Assembly (NCBI GenBank): GCA_009783085.1
Contig: WRHU01000006.1
Coordinates: 24,819-88,818, forward strand
Direction of reading: 5' to 3'
DNA from: Coriobacteriia bacterium
Lineage (GTDB): Bacteria > Actinomycetota > Coriobacteriia > Coriobacteriales > UBA8131
Length of the DNA stretch: 64,000 nucleotides
Position 1 is the first letter of the stretch; each line of letters opens with the position of its first letter. Under the pieces are notes generated by a model. The model was not told the origin of the DNA, ran no database searches, and saw only the letters and a list, made by a program, of their open reading frames with translations. Shown one piece after another: positions 45,110-54,495 of this stretch. Made by a program: the position numbers and the translations under genes.

Positions 45110-45138
45110 AGTCTAACCGATCTTACCAATAAGATCAA
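45110..45138 (-). promoter_or_regulatory. Methyltransferase promoter overlapping a GATC palindrome
   Basis: TTGATC-17bp-TAGACT; GATCTTA-N4-TAAGATC at 45119-45136. Confidence 0.7.
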
Positions 45139-45158
45139 GCGTCAATTTGCACACAAAA

Positions 45159-46589
45159 CTACAAACCTAGAGCTTCAATTTGAGAAGAAACAAAATTGTT
45201 ATTGAGCCAAAAACTCTGCTTTGTCATCCATTGACCGTCAGGAAGCTCTGATGCATCTCGCTGGACGTTACCAACCTCCCGTCCATCAGCAAAACGGTAT
45301 GCAGAAAGTTTCGCATGGGGACGAATATGGATGACAGGGTTGTCAGCTTTTTTTGGGAGACTGTTTTCGTACAACACCTTACCGTTCCTATCGGTGCTAG
45401 AAGTGAACTTAATGCCAGCAATAGTGGCCGCCCTGATTGCCTCCCAGCCAGCTTTTACGCTAGAATCCAAGAGTTTAGCTGGCATATTCCAAAACGTACA
45501 GCCCTTGAGCCTATAGTCGCTCCCATCAAATGCAAAAACGACAAACAAGAATCGGGTTTCTTCAAGATAGGAGCACAGCGAAGAGTTCTCCCACTCCTCA
45601 CATACAAGCTCATTGAACTCGAACGGCGTTAAAGACATACTTTCAGTTATGCTACCATCTGTTTCTTGTCGAATCGCCCTGACGGTAACATTTGCTTTCA
45701 TAAACTCAGATGCTCTGTTGTTTCTAATGCCCAGCATGCAATATGTGAGCTTTATCCAAAGATTCTTATTTCCCGCTCCATACTCTACGCCTAGTCGTTC
45801 AGATATTTCCCTATCAGTAGCACCAACAAATGGCGCAATCTTAGCTTTTACAAGTTGCTCAAGGCTAAAACCAGACTGACTTGAATCCCTTGTGATAGGC
45901 TGTGCATCCAAAGCCTTGTTGACTATAGTACTCACATACGAAGCCTTTAATGCAAAGGCACGCGGTTTTGCAGGGATAGGCGAACAAGGCTGCTTTCTCC
46001 GTTTTGAGCTATCTGAGCTTTTTGTGCACGCTTCAAGATAATCGGTATCACTGCCAGACAGCTCATGAGCTAGGCCTTGGCGCACCTTATCAACAATAAT
46101 TTGCCAATCAGCTTTAATGGTAGGATAGTCTTCTTTTGGAACTTCCCATAAATGTATAATTTTGAATTCATAATCAAAAGGATTCGCTTCGCTATCATGA
46201 AGATAGTGCATCAAGAGAATTTTCTTCACTTTGTGAAGTAGAGTACTAGACTCAAACTTCTCATGAATGACTTCCATGTAATTTATCATGGTAATTACGA
46301 GGCGTTCCTTTGGAATAAGCTTGCCACTACTATTGACTTTCAGTGGTGTCACCTTTAGCTCAAGGTCTGCTTCAGCAAAATCAGGCTCATTGCGTGAGTT
46401 TGGGGTGTAACCAAAGAAATAATATTCGACCGCCTCTCCAAAACCACCTTTGCCCCTACGTTCAAACTTGGTGTTTTCCGAGATATCTAACTCTTTGCGT
46501 AAAGTAGAGTTTTTGAGATTTAGCGCATAGTAGACTATGTCCTCTGTGGATGTTGAGTCGTAATCAACTCCAGGTTTTGGATGCTTCAA
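45159..46589 (-). CDS. Sau3AI/MutH-family type II restriction endonuclease
   Basis: KGGFGEAVE, PDF..LELKVTP, KERL, GLAHELSGSDTDYLEACTK, HIRPH, KQSFWLN; paired with a C5 methyltransferase. Confidence 0.9.
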   Translation of the reverse strand: MKHPKPGVDYDSTSTEDIVYYALNLKNSTLRKELDISENTKFERRGKGGFGEAVEYYFFGYTPNSRNEPDFAEADLELKVTPLKVNSSGKLIPKERLVITMINYMEVIHEKFESSTLLHKVKKILLMHYLHDSEANPFDYEFKIIHLWEVPKEDYPTIKADWQIIVDKVRQGLAHELSGSDTDYLEACTKSSDSSKRRKQPCSPIPAKPRAFALKASYVSTIVNKALDAQPITRDSSQSGFSLEQLVKAKIAPFVGATDREISERLGVEYGAGNKNLWIKLTYCMLGIRNNRASEFMKANVTVRAIRQETDGSITESMSLTPFEFNELVCEEWENSSLCSYLEETRFLFVVFAFDGSDYRLKGCTFWNMPAKLLDSSVKAGWEAIRAATIAGIKFTSSTDRNGKVLYENSLPKKADNPVIHIRPHAKLSAYRFADGREVGNVQRDASELPDGQWMTKQSFWLNNNFVSSQIEALGL

Positions 46590-46609
46590 GACAGGATTCT
46601 CCTTTTTAG

Positions 46610-47317
46610 TTAGCGGCGGCGTTTTTTGAGGGCGCTTAAGGCGGCGGCGGCTTCGGCATCTTTTTTGGAACGACCGCTCCCCTGCCCAATAACTTCTCCG
46701 TCGGCTAAAACGGTAACAGTAAACGTGCGGCTGTGCGGTGGACCCTCGGTGTCGATAACCTCATAGGTGGGAGTAATGTGGCGCACCTGCAAAATCTCTT
46801 GCAGAGTTGATTTGGGATTGGTAGGCTCGGCAGCCATGCTTTCTTGGATAAGCGGGGCAAGGGTGCGCTCAATAAACGCCGTAGCAACCTCGAGCCCGCC
46901 ATCAAGCGTAAGAGCAGCAATGCACGCCTCGTAAATATCCTCGAGCGCCGAGGTAAGGCCCCGGTTGCCCGTTCCGCGCTCAGAGCTTCCAAAGCTGATG
47001 AGCTCGCCAAAGCCAAGCCCTTTTGCAACTTCTGAGAGCTGCTGCCCGGCAACCAGCGAAACCTTAATGCGTGTCATGCCGCCCTCGTCCATGCGCGGAA
47101 AACGATCATAAATCAAACGAGAAACAACCATACCTAACACCGCATCGCCCAAAAACTCAAGGCGGTCGTAAGAAGGCTGCGAGCTATCCTCAGAAGCGGC
47201 AGAAGGATGCCTTAAGGCAGTTTCAAGCAGCGTGGGGTTTGAAAACTGATGCCCAAGGATTTTTTCTGCCTGGGCAAGACGTTCGCTTAGATTGCTTTCT
47301 GGAAGCGGACGAGCCAT
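46610..47317 (-). CDS. rnc: Ribonuclease III
   Basis: DRLEFLGDAVL; C-terminal dsRBD (NPKSTLQE, GPPH, SKKDAE). Confidence 0.96.
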   Translation of the reverse strand: MARPLPESNLSERLAQAEKILGHQFSNPTLLETALRHPSAASEDSSQPSYDRLEFLGDAVLGMVVSRLIYDRFPRMDEGGMTRIKVSLVAGQQLSEVAKGLGFGELISFGSSERGTGNRGLTSALEDIYEACIAALTLDGGLEVATAFIERTLAPLIQESMAAEPTNPKSTLQEILQVRHITPTYEVIDTEGPPHSRTFTVTVLADGEVIGQGSGRSKKDAEAAAALSALKKRRR

Positions 47318-48414
47318 TAGGATTGTTCCTGTGGTGAGGTGGTGGTGTTGGCGCTTGAAGTTTTGCTGGTATCAGGAGTTTTGCTGGTATCAGGAGTTTT
47401 GCTGTTGGCGGTTTTATCGGCAACCGCCTGCGTAATGAGCGCAGGAAGCTCAGCACGCACGGCATCGGCGCTCGCACGTATGCCATTGGCAATAGCCTTG
47501 GCGTTGGACGAGCCGTGCCCTATCATCACTATGTTTTTTAAGCCAAGAAGCGGAGCTCCGCCGTACTTGTCGGCACTCAAGGTTTCTTTAACCGTCGCAA
47601 ATTTGCCTTTAACAAGAAGTGCGCCCATTTTTGCAACCAGCGAGGACGTAAGCGCCGTTTTAATCTGACTCAGCAGCGAGGAAGCCGTGCCTTCAATAGT
47701 TTTGAGCACAATGTTTCCCGTAAACCCGTCTGTTACAATGCAGTCAAACGCTCCGGTGAAAAGATCATCTCCCTCGGCATTGCCGGCAAACCCCTCAAGA
47801 TTTTCTGCAAGCAAGGTATGGATTTCTTGGGCAAACATCGAACCCTTAGTTTTTTCTGAACCAACGTTCAAAAGCCCTATGCGCGGCTGAGCAACGTTGA
47901 GGGCAGCCATGGCATACGCGCGCCCCATCTGAGCAAACTGCAAAAGATAGTCTGGCTTGACATCGGCGTTTGCACCAACATCAAGGAGAACCACTGGTTT
48001 TTTGGGGGCGGGCAAAACTGCCACAATGGCAGGACGGGCAATGCCTTTGATGCGCCCAATGATAAGCGTTGCAGCTGCCATGCAGGCACCCGTTGAACCT
48101 GCGGAGAAAAAGGCATCGGCACGCCCTTGCTCAACAAGGCGACAGGCAACCACAATAGAGGAATCTTTTTTTTGCTTGATGGCCGTTGCGGGGTGCTCGT
48201 CCATGGCAATAAACTCCGTTGTTGCAACAGCTTCAATGCGCTTGGGAAACTCAGCGGCAAGCGGATTTACTACCTCAGCTGGGCCGGTGAGAATAATATT
48301 TACCTGAGAGTTGGCGTCTTGTAAAAAGGCACGCACGCCAGCACAAACCACCTCGGGTGCGTTGTCGCCACCAAGAGCATCAACGGCAATGGTTATCGGA
48401 CGAAGATTTTGCAT
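47317..48414 (-). CDS. plsX: Phosphate acyltransferase PlsX
   Basis: AVDALGGDNAP, SAGSTGA, LDVGAN, DGFTGNIVLK, HGSS. Confidence 0.95.
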   Translation of the reverse strand: MQNLRPITIAVDALGGDNAPEVVCAGVRAFLQDANSQVNIILTGPAEVVNPLAAEFPKRIEAVATTEFIAMDEHPATAIKQKKDSSIVVACRLVEQGRADAFFSAGSTGACMAAATLIIGRIKGIARPAIVAVLPAPKKPVVLLDVGANADVKPDYLLQFAQMGRAYAMAALNVAQPRIGLLNVGSEKTKGSMFAQEIHTLLAENLEGFAGNAEGDDLFTGAFDCIVTDGFTGNIVLKTIEGTASSLLSQIKTALTSSLVAKMGALLVKGKFATVKETLSADKYGGAPLLGLKNIVMIGHGSSNAKAIANGIRASADAVRAELPALITQAVADKTANSKTPDTSKTPDTSKTSSANTTTSPQEQS

Positions 48415-48526
48415 GATGCTACTTTCTCGACATGAAATATAGGGATACAGGGACATACGCCCTTAACACGGCTGCCTGCAAAAGGTTGCTCAAGGTGCGC
48501 CAAGTTGCAAGCTGCGTTGCTGTGCC

Positions 48527-48706
48527 TTACTCGGTTACGATAACCTCTCGGTTCTTGTAGTAGCCGCAATTTCCGCATACATAATGAGGACGCTTGGCTG
48601 CGCCACACTGTGGGCAAACCGAACGTGCGGGCACGGGCGCCTTGCAGTTAGCACTGCGGCGAGAGTGGGTGACTGAGCGGCCAGTCTTTCTTTTAGGTAC
48701 TGCCAT
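48527..48706 (-). CDS. rpmF: 50S ribosomal protein L32
   Basis: MAVPKRK..CPQCG..PHYVCGNCGYY. Confidence 0.96.
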   Translation of the reverse strand: MAVPKRKTGRSVTHSRRSANCKAPVPARSVCPQCGAAKRPHYVCGNCGYYKNREVIVTE

Positions 48707-48903
48707 TACTATCATTCCTTCTTGCTATCTGATTACTGCCTGTTTTGTTCCACAATGGCTTGTTTAGCTTGTTCAAGCTTGTGCGAGCCATGAGGGTTTG
48801 TTGTTCATTCAAGTACTGTTCAAAGTTCCTGCAAAAAACACGAACGGTAATTTTAACACCCCTCGGTTGCTTTGTCACGTGGCGATTTTGTATTAGTGGG
48901 ATT

Positions 48904-49842
48904 TTACGCCCGTGGGTGCGCCTGTTTGTAAGTTTCTTGCAGGTGGTGTACCGAAAGGTGCGTATAGATTTGCGTTGTTGAAAGATTTTCATGACCAAGA
49001 AGTTCTTGGATGCTGCGCAAGTCAGCGCCGCCTTCAAGAAGGTCGGTAGCAAAAGTGTGACGCATTGCGTGCGGCGAAAGCGAGCTGTCGGCACCAGCGC
49101 GCGCGAGGCGCTTCTTGAAGGCGGCGCGCAAACTTGCTGCACTCATTGCTCGTCCCGTGTTGGAAATAAAAAGCTCGCCTCCAGTAAGGGCTTGAGTTGA
49201 CGCAGCGGCGGCGGCGGCAGAAGCTGGACCCTTTTTTGCTTTCGCAAGTAAGGCAGGGCGCGCCTCTTGCACATACTTTCGCACAAGAGAAAGAGCATAG
49301 GGGTGCAATGGCACGAGGCGCTCCTTGCTCCCCTTTCCAAAAAGACGCACCTGCCCCTCGTCGAAAAATATATCGGCAAGGCGCAAGGCCGCAACCTCAG
49401 AAATACGTGCGCCCGAAGCATACAGCAACTCAACCAGCGTGCGGTCACGTAAGTCGCTGGGGCTTTCAGGTTCCGCTGGCTCTTTAAGCAAACAAACCAA
49501 CTCATCATGGCTTACCGTGTGTGGCAAACTTCTTGCAAGTTTTGGCCCAGAAACAATAGAGCTGGGATCGCTTTTGACGTGGCCCCCTTCAACCAGCCAT
49601 TTGAAAAAAGTCTTGGTGGACGAAAGCCGACGATTTATGGTGGTGCGTGCATACCGCGCCTCACTCAGCTCGGCGAGATAGCGGCGAATGTGCTGGTTGC
49701 TCAAATCCTCAATGCTCAGCTGCTCACGCTTAAGCCAACTATCGAGCTGGCTCAGGTCGGTCGCATAGGCTCGAACGGTATGCTCAGAAAAATTGCGCTC
49801 GGCTCTCAGCATCTGCAAAAAGCGGTCGATAAGCTCATTCAT
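48904..49842 (-). CDS. xerC: Tyrosine recombinase XerC-like
   Basis: SGARISE, GKGSKER, PHAMRHTFAT, LLGH..TTQIYTH; downstream of trmFO. Confidence 0.88.
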   Translation of the reverse strand: MNELIDRFLQMLRAERNFSEHTVRAYATDLSQLDSWLKREQLSIEDLSNQHIRRYLAELSEARYARTTINRRLSSTKTFFKWLVEGGHVKSDPSSIVSGPKLARSLPHTVSHDELVCLLKEPAEPESPSDLRDRTLVELLYASGARISEVAALRLADIFFDEGQVRLFGKGSKERLVPLHPYALSLVRKYVQEARPALLAKAKKGPASAAAAAASTQALTGGELFISNTGRAMSAASLRAAFKKRLARAGADSSLSPHAMRHTFATDLLEGGADLRSIQELLGHENLSTTQIYTHLSVHHLQETYKQAHPRA

Positions 49843-51328
49843 GCTCGGCCTCGTTTGCAGAAAGGCCCTGCGGAGAAGCCATCTCATCAACCAAAAACTC
49901 AAAGGCGGGCAAGAAGGCAAGTTCGCTTCGTTGTTCAATAAACTCCTTAAGAGCAAGACGACTGCGCTCAGCGTAAGCCTCGTAGCGTTGGCGCTTGTTG
50001 CGAATGGGAGTTTCGAGTGCGGGCATGATGCCAAAATTAACGTGCATAGGCTGGTAATCAACGGTTTGGGGATTGGTCGCGTAGTTCACCAAGGCACCAA
50101 AGCAGGTTTTGGGCGGCAGGGTTACCGGAGCAGCCCCCGTTAGACGAGCATAGACATTAAGCGCTGCAAGCAGACCTGAGGCAATTGCCTCGGTGTAGCC
50201 TTCTGTACCCGTGAGTTGCCCAGCAAGAAATACTGTTGGATTTTTGTGCAACTCAAAACTGTGCCCTAAAGCCAAAGGCGCATTAACAAAGGTGTTGCGA
50301 TGCATGACCCCAAAGCGCAGAAACTCTGCCTGCTCGAGTCCGGGAATAAGACGAAACACACGCTCCTGCTCAGAAAACGTAAGGTTCGTCTGAAAGCCCA
50401 CCAAATTGTACGCAGAGCGCTCACTGTTTTCTGCACGCAACTGAACCGCTGCCCAGGGTCGGCGTTCCGTGGCTGGATTAGTAAGGCCAACCGGTTTGAG
50501 TGCGCCGAACCGCAGCGCATCTGCGGAGAGGCGCGCGACTTCCTCCACTGGCTGGCACGCAGCAAAAAGTTCCTTTTTCTCAAAATCACGCTTAATAACA
50601 CGCTCTGCCGCCACCAGCTCACCAATAAATGCATCGTAGCTCGCTTGGTCGAAAGGGGCATTAAGATAATCAACGCTTCCTTTGTTGTAACGTGATTGAG
50701 CAAACAGTGTCTGATAGTCAAGCGAATCCGCACTCACAATAGGGGCGGCTGCGTCATAAAAAGAAAGATAGCTCTCTCCTAAAATCTGGGCCAAATGTGC
50801 GGCAAAAGCATCTGAGGTAAGTGGACCGGTGGCAACAATGGTGTAGGCGCAATTATCTGCTTGCACCTCGGTAAGGCTTTGTATCTCATGCGTAATAAGT
50901 TCAATGTTAGGATGAGCGCGCAAAGCCGCCGTTACTTCCGCAGCAAAGCGTTCTCGGTCTACCGCAAGCGCAGAGCCCGCCGGTACTTGAGTTTTTGTTG
51001 CACAGCGCAAAACAAAGGAACCCATTGCCGCAAGCTCAGCCTTAAGGCAACCAGCGGCAGAGTGAGGGTTAAGACTCTTGAACGAATTGGAACACACCAG
51101 CTCGGCGCACTGCTCGCTTTTGTGTGCAGGAGAGGACTGCTTGGGGCGCATCTCGTATAGTTTTACCGAAACCCCTCGCTCGGCAAGCTGCCAAGCGGCT
51201 TCGCTGCCAGCAAGACCAGCGCCTACAACGGCAACCTTTGCTGGTGCGCCTTTGTGAGCCGACGTTTCTGCGTTCGTCGCCGTTTCTGCGTTCGCCAACT
51301 TTTCTGCGCTCGCTTGCATTTCTACCAA
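49835..51328 (-). CDS. trmFO: Folate-dependent tRNA m5U54 methyltransferase
   Basis: GAGLAGSEAA, AELVCSNS, VGFQT, GVMHRNT, AGQLTGTEGY; alternative ATG start at 51319. Confidence 0.95.
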   Translation of the reverse strand: MVEMQASAEKLANAETATNAETSAHKGAPAKVAVVGAGLAGSEAAWQLAERGVSVKLYEMRPKQSSPAHKSEQCAELVCSNSFKSLNPHSAAGCLKAELAAMGSFVLRCATKTQVPAGSALAVDRERFAAEVTAALRAHPNIELITHEIQSLTEVQADNCAYTIVATGPLTSDAFAAHLAQILGESYLSFYDAAAPIVSADSLDYQTLFAQSRYNKGSVDYLNAPFDQASYDAFIGELVAAERVIKRDFEKKELFAACQPVEEVARLSADALRFGALKPVGLTNPATERRPWAAVQLRAENSERSAYNLVGFQTNLTFSEQERVFRLIPGLEQAEFLRFGVMHRNTFVNAPLALGHSFELHKNPTVFLAGQLTGTEGYTEAIASGLLAALNVYARLTGAAPVTLPPKTCFGALVNYATNPQTVDYQPMHVNFGIMPALETPIRNKRQRYEAYAERSRLALKEFIEQRSELAFLPAFEFLVDEMASPQGLSANEAEHE

Positions 51329-51340
51329 CGCCTCATGTGC

Positions 51341-52303
51341 TCACTGGGCACCTTTGCCGGTGTTCTTCTTTTTCTTTGTTCGTGCCTGCGTTGCGGCGGC
51401 TTCTGCCCGTTCCTGCGTTGCGACGGCTTCTGCCGGCACCTCTGCACCCTCAACACCTTGATCTTGGGCTTTGTTGGAAGCATACTTGGCTCGGGCTCGT
51501 AAGCCAGCTTCTCGTGCCTCGGCGTGCAGGCCCTTAAGACGACGGCTGTAAACCATCTGCAAAGCCGTAAGAATAAGCGAAAAGCCCATCGCAAAGTACA
51601 ACATCAAGTCAAATACATCAAAGGCGCTGCCCTCAATAGGAAGCTCAAAACCGAGCGCCTTAATCACCAGCTTAACGCCCACCACCACAATAAAGGCCAA
51701 CGCAAGCAGCTTGACTTCTGGGTTTCTGTTGATGAACTCCGAGATGGGGTTGGCGAAAATAATCATGAGGAATACGGCAATCATAACCGCCAAAATCATG
51801 ATGAGCAGCTCGTCGACCATACCAACCGCCGTGATAACCGAATCGAGCGAAAAGATAATATCCATAACCGCAATGGTTCCCACTGCTTGCAACAAGCCGA
51901 TTTTTGGGCGTGCTTTTGCAGGGTTGATGCTCTCGGCTTCGTCTTTCATGCTAAGCGTGTCGATAATTTCTTGAATACCCTTAAAAATGAGGTAGGCGCC
52001 ACCCACAAGCAAAATGATGTCTTTGCCCGAAAACTCTGGGTCAAAGAACGGCTCCCCAAAAGGAAGCGTAAAGAGCGTTAGCTGGAGCGAAATAATCCAT
52101 GTGGCAAAGCACAACAACAAAATACGCATAACAAGTGCCGCCATCAGACCAAAGCGACGCCCAAAAGTTTTTTTCTCGTTTGGTAGGCGGTCGGTGGTGA
52201 TGGCGATAAACACGAGGTTGTCGATGCCTAAGACCACCTCAAGAAATATGAGAACGAAAAGTTGTATCCATATCTCTGGCAAGAGAAAAATTGACAAATC
52301 CAA
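51341..52303 (-). CDS. TerC family membrane protein
   Basis: LEVVLGIDNLVFI, DIIFSLDSVITAVG. Confidence 0.9.
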   Translation of the reverse strand: MDLSIFLLPEIWIQLFVLIFLEVVLGIDNLVFIAITTDRLPNEKKTFGRRFGLMAALVMRILLLCFATWIISLQLTLFTLPFGEPFFDPEFSGKDIILLVGGAYLIFKGIQEIIDTLSMKDEAESINPAKARPKIGLLQAVGTIAVMDIIFSLDSVITAVGMVDELLIMILAVMIAVFLMIIFANPISEFINRNPEVKLLALAFIVVVGVKLVIKALGFELPIEGSAFDVFDLMLYFAMGFSLILTALQMVYSRRLKGLHAEAREAGLRARAKYASNKAQDQGVEGAEVPAEAVATQERAEAAATQARTKKKKNTGKGAQ

Positions 52304-52397
52304 TGGTACTCCTTGTTTCTACTGCGTCAGGGCTCCTGTTGCATTTGGCTCCCTGCGTGTTACTCCTGCGACGTGTCTACGCTGCAAACATTCTTTT

Positions 52398-53819
52398 CTA
52401 TTGTAAGGCAAAGTGCGCTGCTTGTTCACCGGCAACTAGTCCCGATGCCCACGCCCAGTGAAGATTGTAGCCTCCGCACGGGCCGTCAACATCAAGTGCT
52501 TCTCCGGCAGCAAATATGCCCGAGTAAGCGCGACTGCAAAGGGTGTCTGGATTAAAGCCTTCTACGGCAAGGCCACCACGCATAACCTGCGCCTGCTCCT
52601 CTTTTGTTTCGCCAGTAAGCGGAAGCGTAAACGTTTTGAGATTGGCGGCAAGCGTTGGGATATTTTCTGTAGTTGCCGGTTGCGTTGGTTTTAAGCCTGC
52701 TTTTTTGAGAACTGCAGCAGCAAGGCGGGTGTGAACCGTGCCCGTAAGAAGTTGCTCAACGGGCAGTGTGCCATGTGCTTCAAGACGCTGCGCAAAAAAG
52801 TGTTCAAGGTCATACAAGCTTTGCTCGGCAAGGAGGTCGAGAACAAGCGTGTCGCCTTTTTGAGCATGACGACTAAGATTAAAAATAGCAATACCTGAAA
52901 CACCGTATGGTCTAAAAAGCACTTCTCCTCGCTCGGAGGCAAGGGGTGAAAACGCAGGTGGATATTCTTGTTCAAGCTGGTTTTGTTCAAGGCTTTCTAG
53001 CTCGGCTGCTTGTGCCTTTTTGGGGGTAGTGCGATACAGGGTGGCAGCGCAAACGCAGCGCACGCCGTCCAAACTGTTAAGAGATGCTTTCTCGGTGGGT
53101 TCAACAACCAGCGGAGCCAAAATGGGCTGTATTTTTTCATGAGTAAAACCCGCAAGTTTATTGGTTATATTGCTAGTTCCAGTAGCAATTATGAGGGTGT
53201 CGGCGTGGAGAATGCTTCCTGCGCCAAATACCAACCCGTAACCGCCCGCTTTTCTTATCTCGATGCTTCTAATGTCTGCCTCAAAGAGGCACTTTATATC
53301 AAGGCGGCGTACCTCTGCCACCAAAACGTCCAAAACCGAGTTCGCCCATTTACTGCTTGGGAACACCCAGCCTCGCTCGTCGGTTGTGGTAAGCAAGCCC
53401 AAGCCAGCAAAAAACTCTCGTATTGCCGTGCAGCGGTAACGCTTTAGTGTTGAAGCGGCAAACTCGTTGTTGTGGTAGGCGTTGTAGGCGTTTTGGGTGT
53501 TGTGGGTGTGTTGGGTGTGTTGGGTGTGTTGGGTGCTGTGGGTGTGCTGGGAGTGTTGTGTGCTGTGGGCGTGCTGAGCGTGTTGGGAGTGGTGGGCATT
53601 TTGGTCAAAAAGAGCGCTGTTTTCTGCGTCGTTTGACCCTATGCTCATATTGCTGAGGTTGCAGCGTCCGTTGCCGGTCGCCAGTATTTTCTTACCCAGA
53701 CGGTTACTCTTTTCTGCGATGAGCACCTTTGCCCCAGTGCGCGCAGCAGCAATCGCAGCAGCCATACCAGCCGCTCCTCCGCCAATAACAACAACAGAAT
53801 GTTTACTCATTTCCATCAC
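52398..53819 (-). CDS. HI0933/BaiN family flavoprotein
   Basis: GGGAAG, GKKILATGNGRCN, AGEALDVDGPCGGYNLHWAWASG. Confidence 0.92.
   Translation of the reverse strand: MMEMSKHSVVVIGGGAAGMAAAIAAARTGAKVLIAEKSNRLGKKILATGNGRCNLSNMSIGSNDAENSALFDQNAHHSQHAQHAHSTQHSQHTHSTQHTQHTQHTHNTQNAYNAYHNNEFAASTLKRYRCTAIREFFAGLGLLTTTDERGWVFPSSKWANSVLDVLVAEVRRLDIKCLFEADIRSIEIRKAGGYGLVFGAGSILHADTLIIATGTSNITNKLAGFTHEKIQPILAPLVVEPTEKASLNSLDGVRCVCAATLYRTTPKKAQAAELESLEQNQLEQEYPPAFSPLASERGEVLFRPYGVSGIAIFNLSRHAQKGDTLVLDLLAEQSLYDLEHFFAQRLEAHGTLPVEQLLTGTVHTRLAAAVLKKAGLKPTQPATTENIPTLAANLKTFTLPLTGETKEEQAQVMRGGLAVEGFNPDTLCSRAYSGIFAAGEALDVDGPCGGYNLHWAWASGLVAGEQAAHFALQ
53493..53597 (-). repeat. 9-bp in-frame tandem repeat encoding (H-T/S-Q)n
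   Basis: tgggtgtgt-type units. Confidence 0.85.
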
Positions 53820-53981
53820 CCTATAATACTTCTTTGTTAGCGCGTCTGCACCCTAGATTCTAGCTGGCTGCTTGATGCACATGCTGGATTCTGAGGGCAA
53901 AACGTGCTACCATACTCAATTAGGAAGTACACAGTGCCCTTTGGACGGGCGGTACTCCGGTTGTGGTTTGGTGGAAGTCGT

Positions 53982-54167
53982 CTATTGCTTTCGCTTAGGC
54001 GACTTCCGCGCATTTGGTGCCGCGATGTTAATCTCGACAGAAATGCGCTCAATACTCACAACCTTCGTAGCCTCCTTCCGTCCTCTCAGGCCTATCACAA
54101 TAGGCACGATCAGTTGAACAAGCATCGGCACGAGGCCGCATAAAAGCTCAAAGAAGGTATTTCCCAT
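53982..54167 (-). CDS. Small single-TM protein, candidate type I toxin
   Basis: Strong GAAAGGAG RBS, 23-aa hydrophobic helix, basic tail; flanked by inverted repeats. Confidence 0.6.
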   Translation of the reverse strand: MGNTFFELLCGLVPMLVQLIVPIVIGLRGRKEATKVVSIERISVEINIAAPNARKSPKRKQ

Positions 54168-54253
54168 GAGTATGCACTCCTTTCAATTATCGACTTGATT
54201 AATCGAAACCGGAGTACCACCCAGGGCCCTGTGTACAACCTCACCATAGCAAG

Positions 54254-54331
54254 CGATTCTTGCTGGAGTCTGTACCGTTTCTATCCTTTTTCTATATTTT
54301 TTCTTAATTTTTTATTAGCCGATTCTTACTT
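54254..54331. repeat. 78-bp AT-rich dispersed repeat, copy 2
   Basis: Similar to 19566-19643. Confidence 0.85.
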
Positions 54332-54419
54332 GGCGGTTAAAAAGCTGTGGCAAATGAGAGGTTTGAGAAAACAAAACAGGTCAGAAGCTCAATTTAAGCC
54401 TCCGACCTGCAAGAATACA

Positions 54420-54495
54420 TGGTGCGCGATACTGGACTTGAACCAGTGACCCCTACCGTGTCGAGGTAGTGCTCTACCAGCTGAGCTAATCGCGC
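54420..54495 (-). tRNA. tRNA-Val(GAC)
   Basis: Cloverleaf GCGCGATTAGCTCAG...GGTTCAAGTCC...CCA; anticodon loop TC-GAC-AC. Confidence 0.95.

Noticed and set aside
48904-49842. Tyrosine recombinase as a mobile-element integrase
   Set aside because: XerC-like size and motifs in the housekeeping trmFO-xerC context, with no cargo or att repeats
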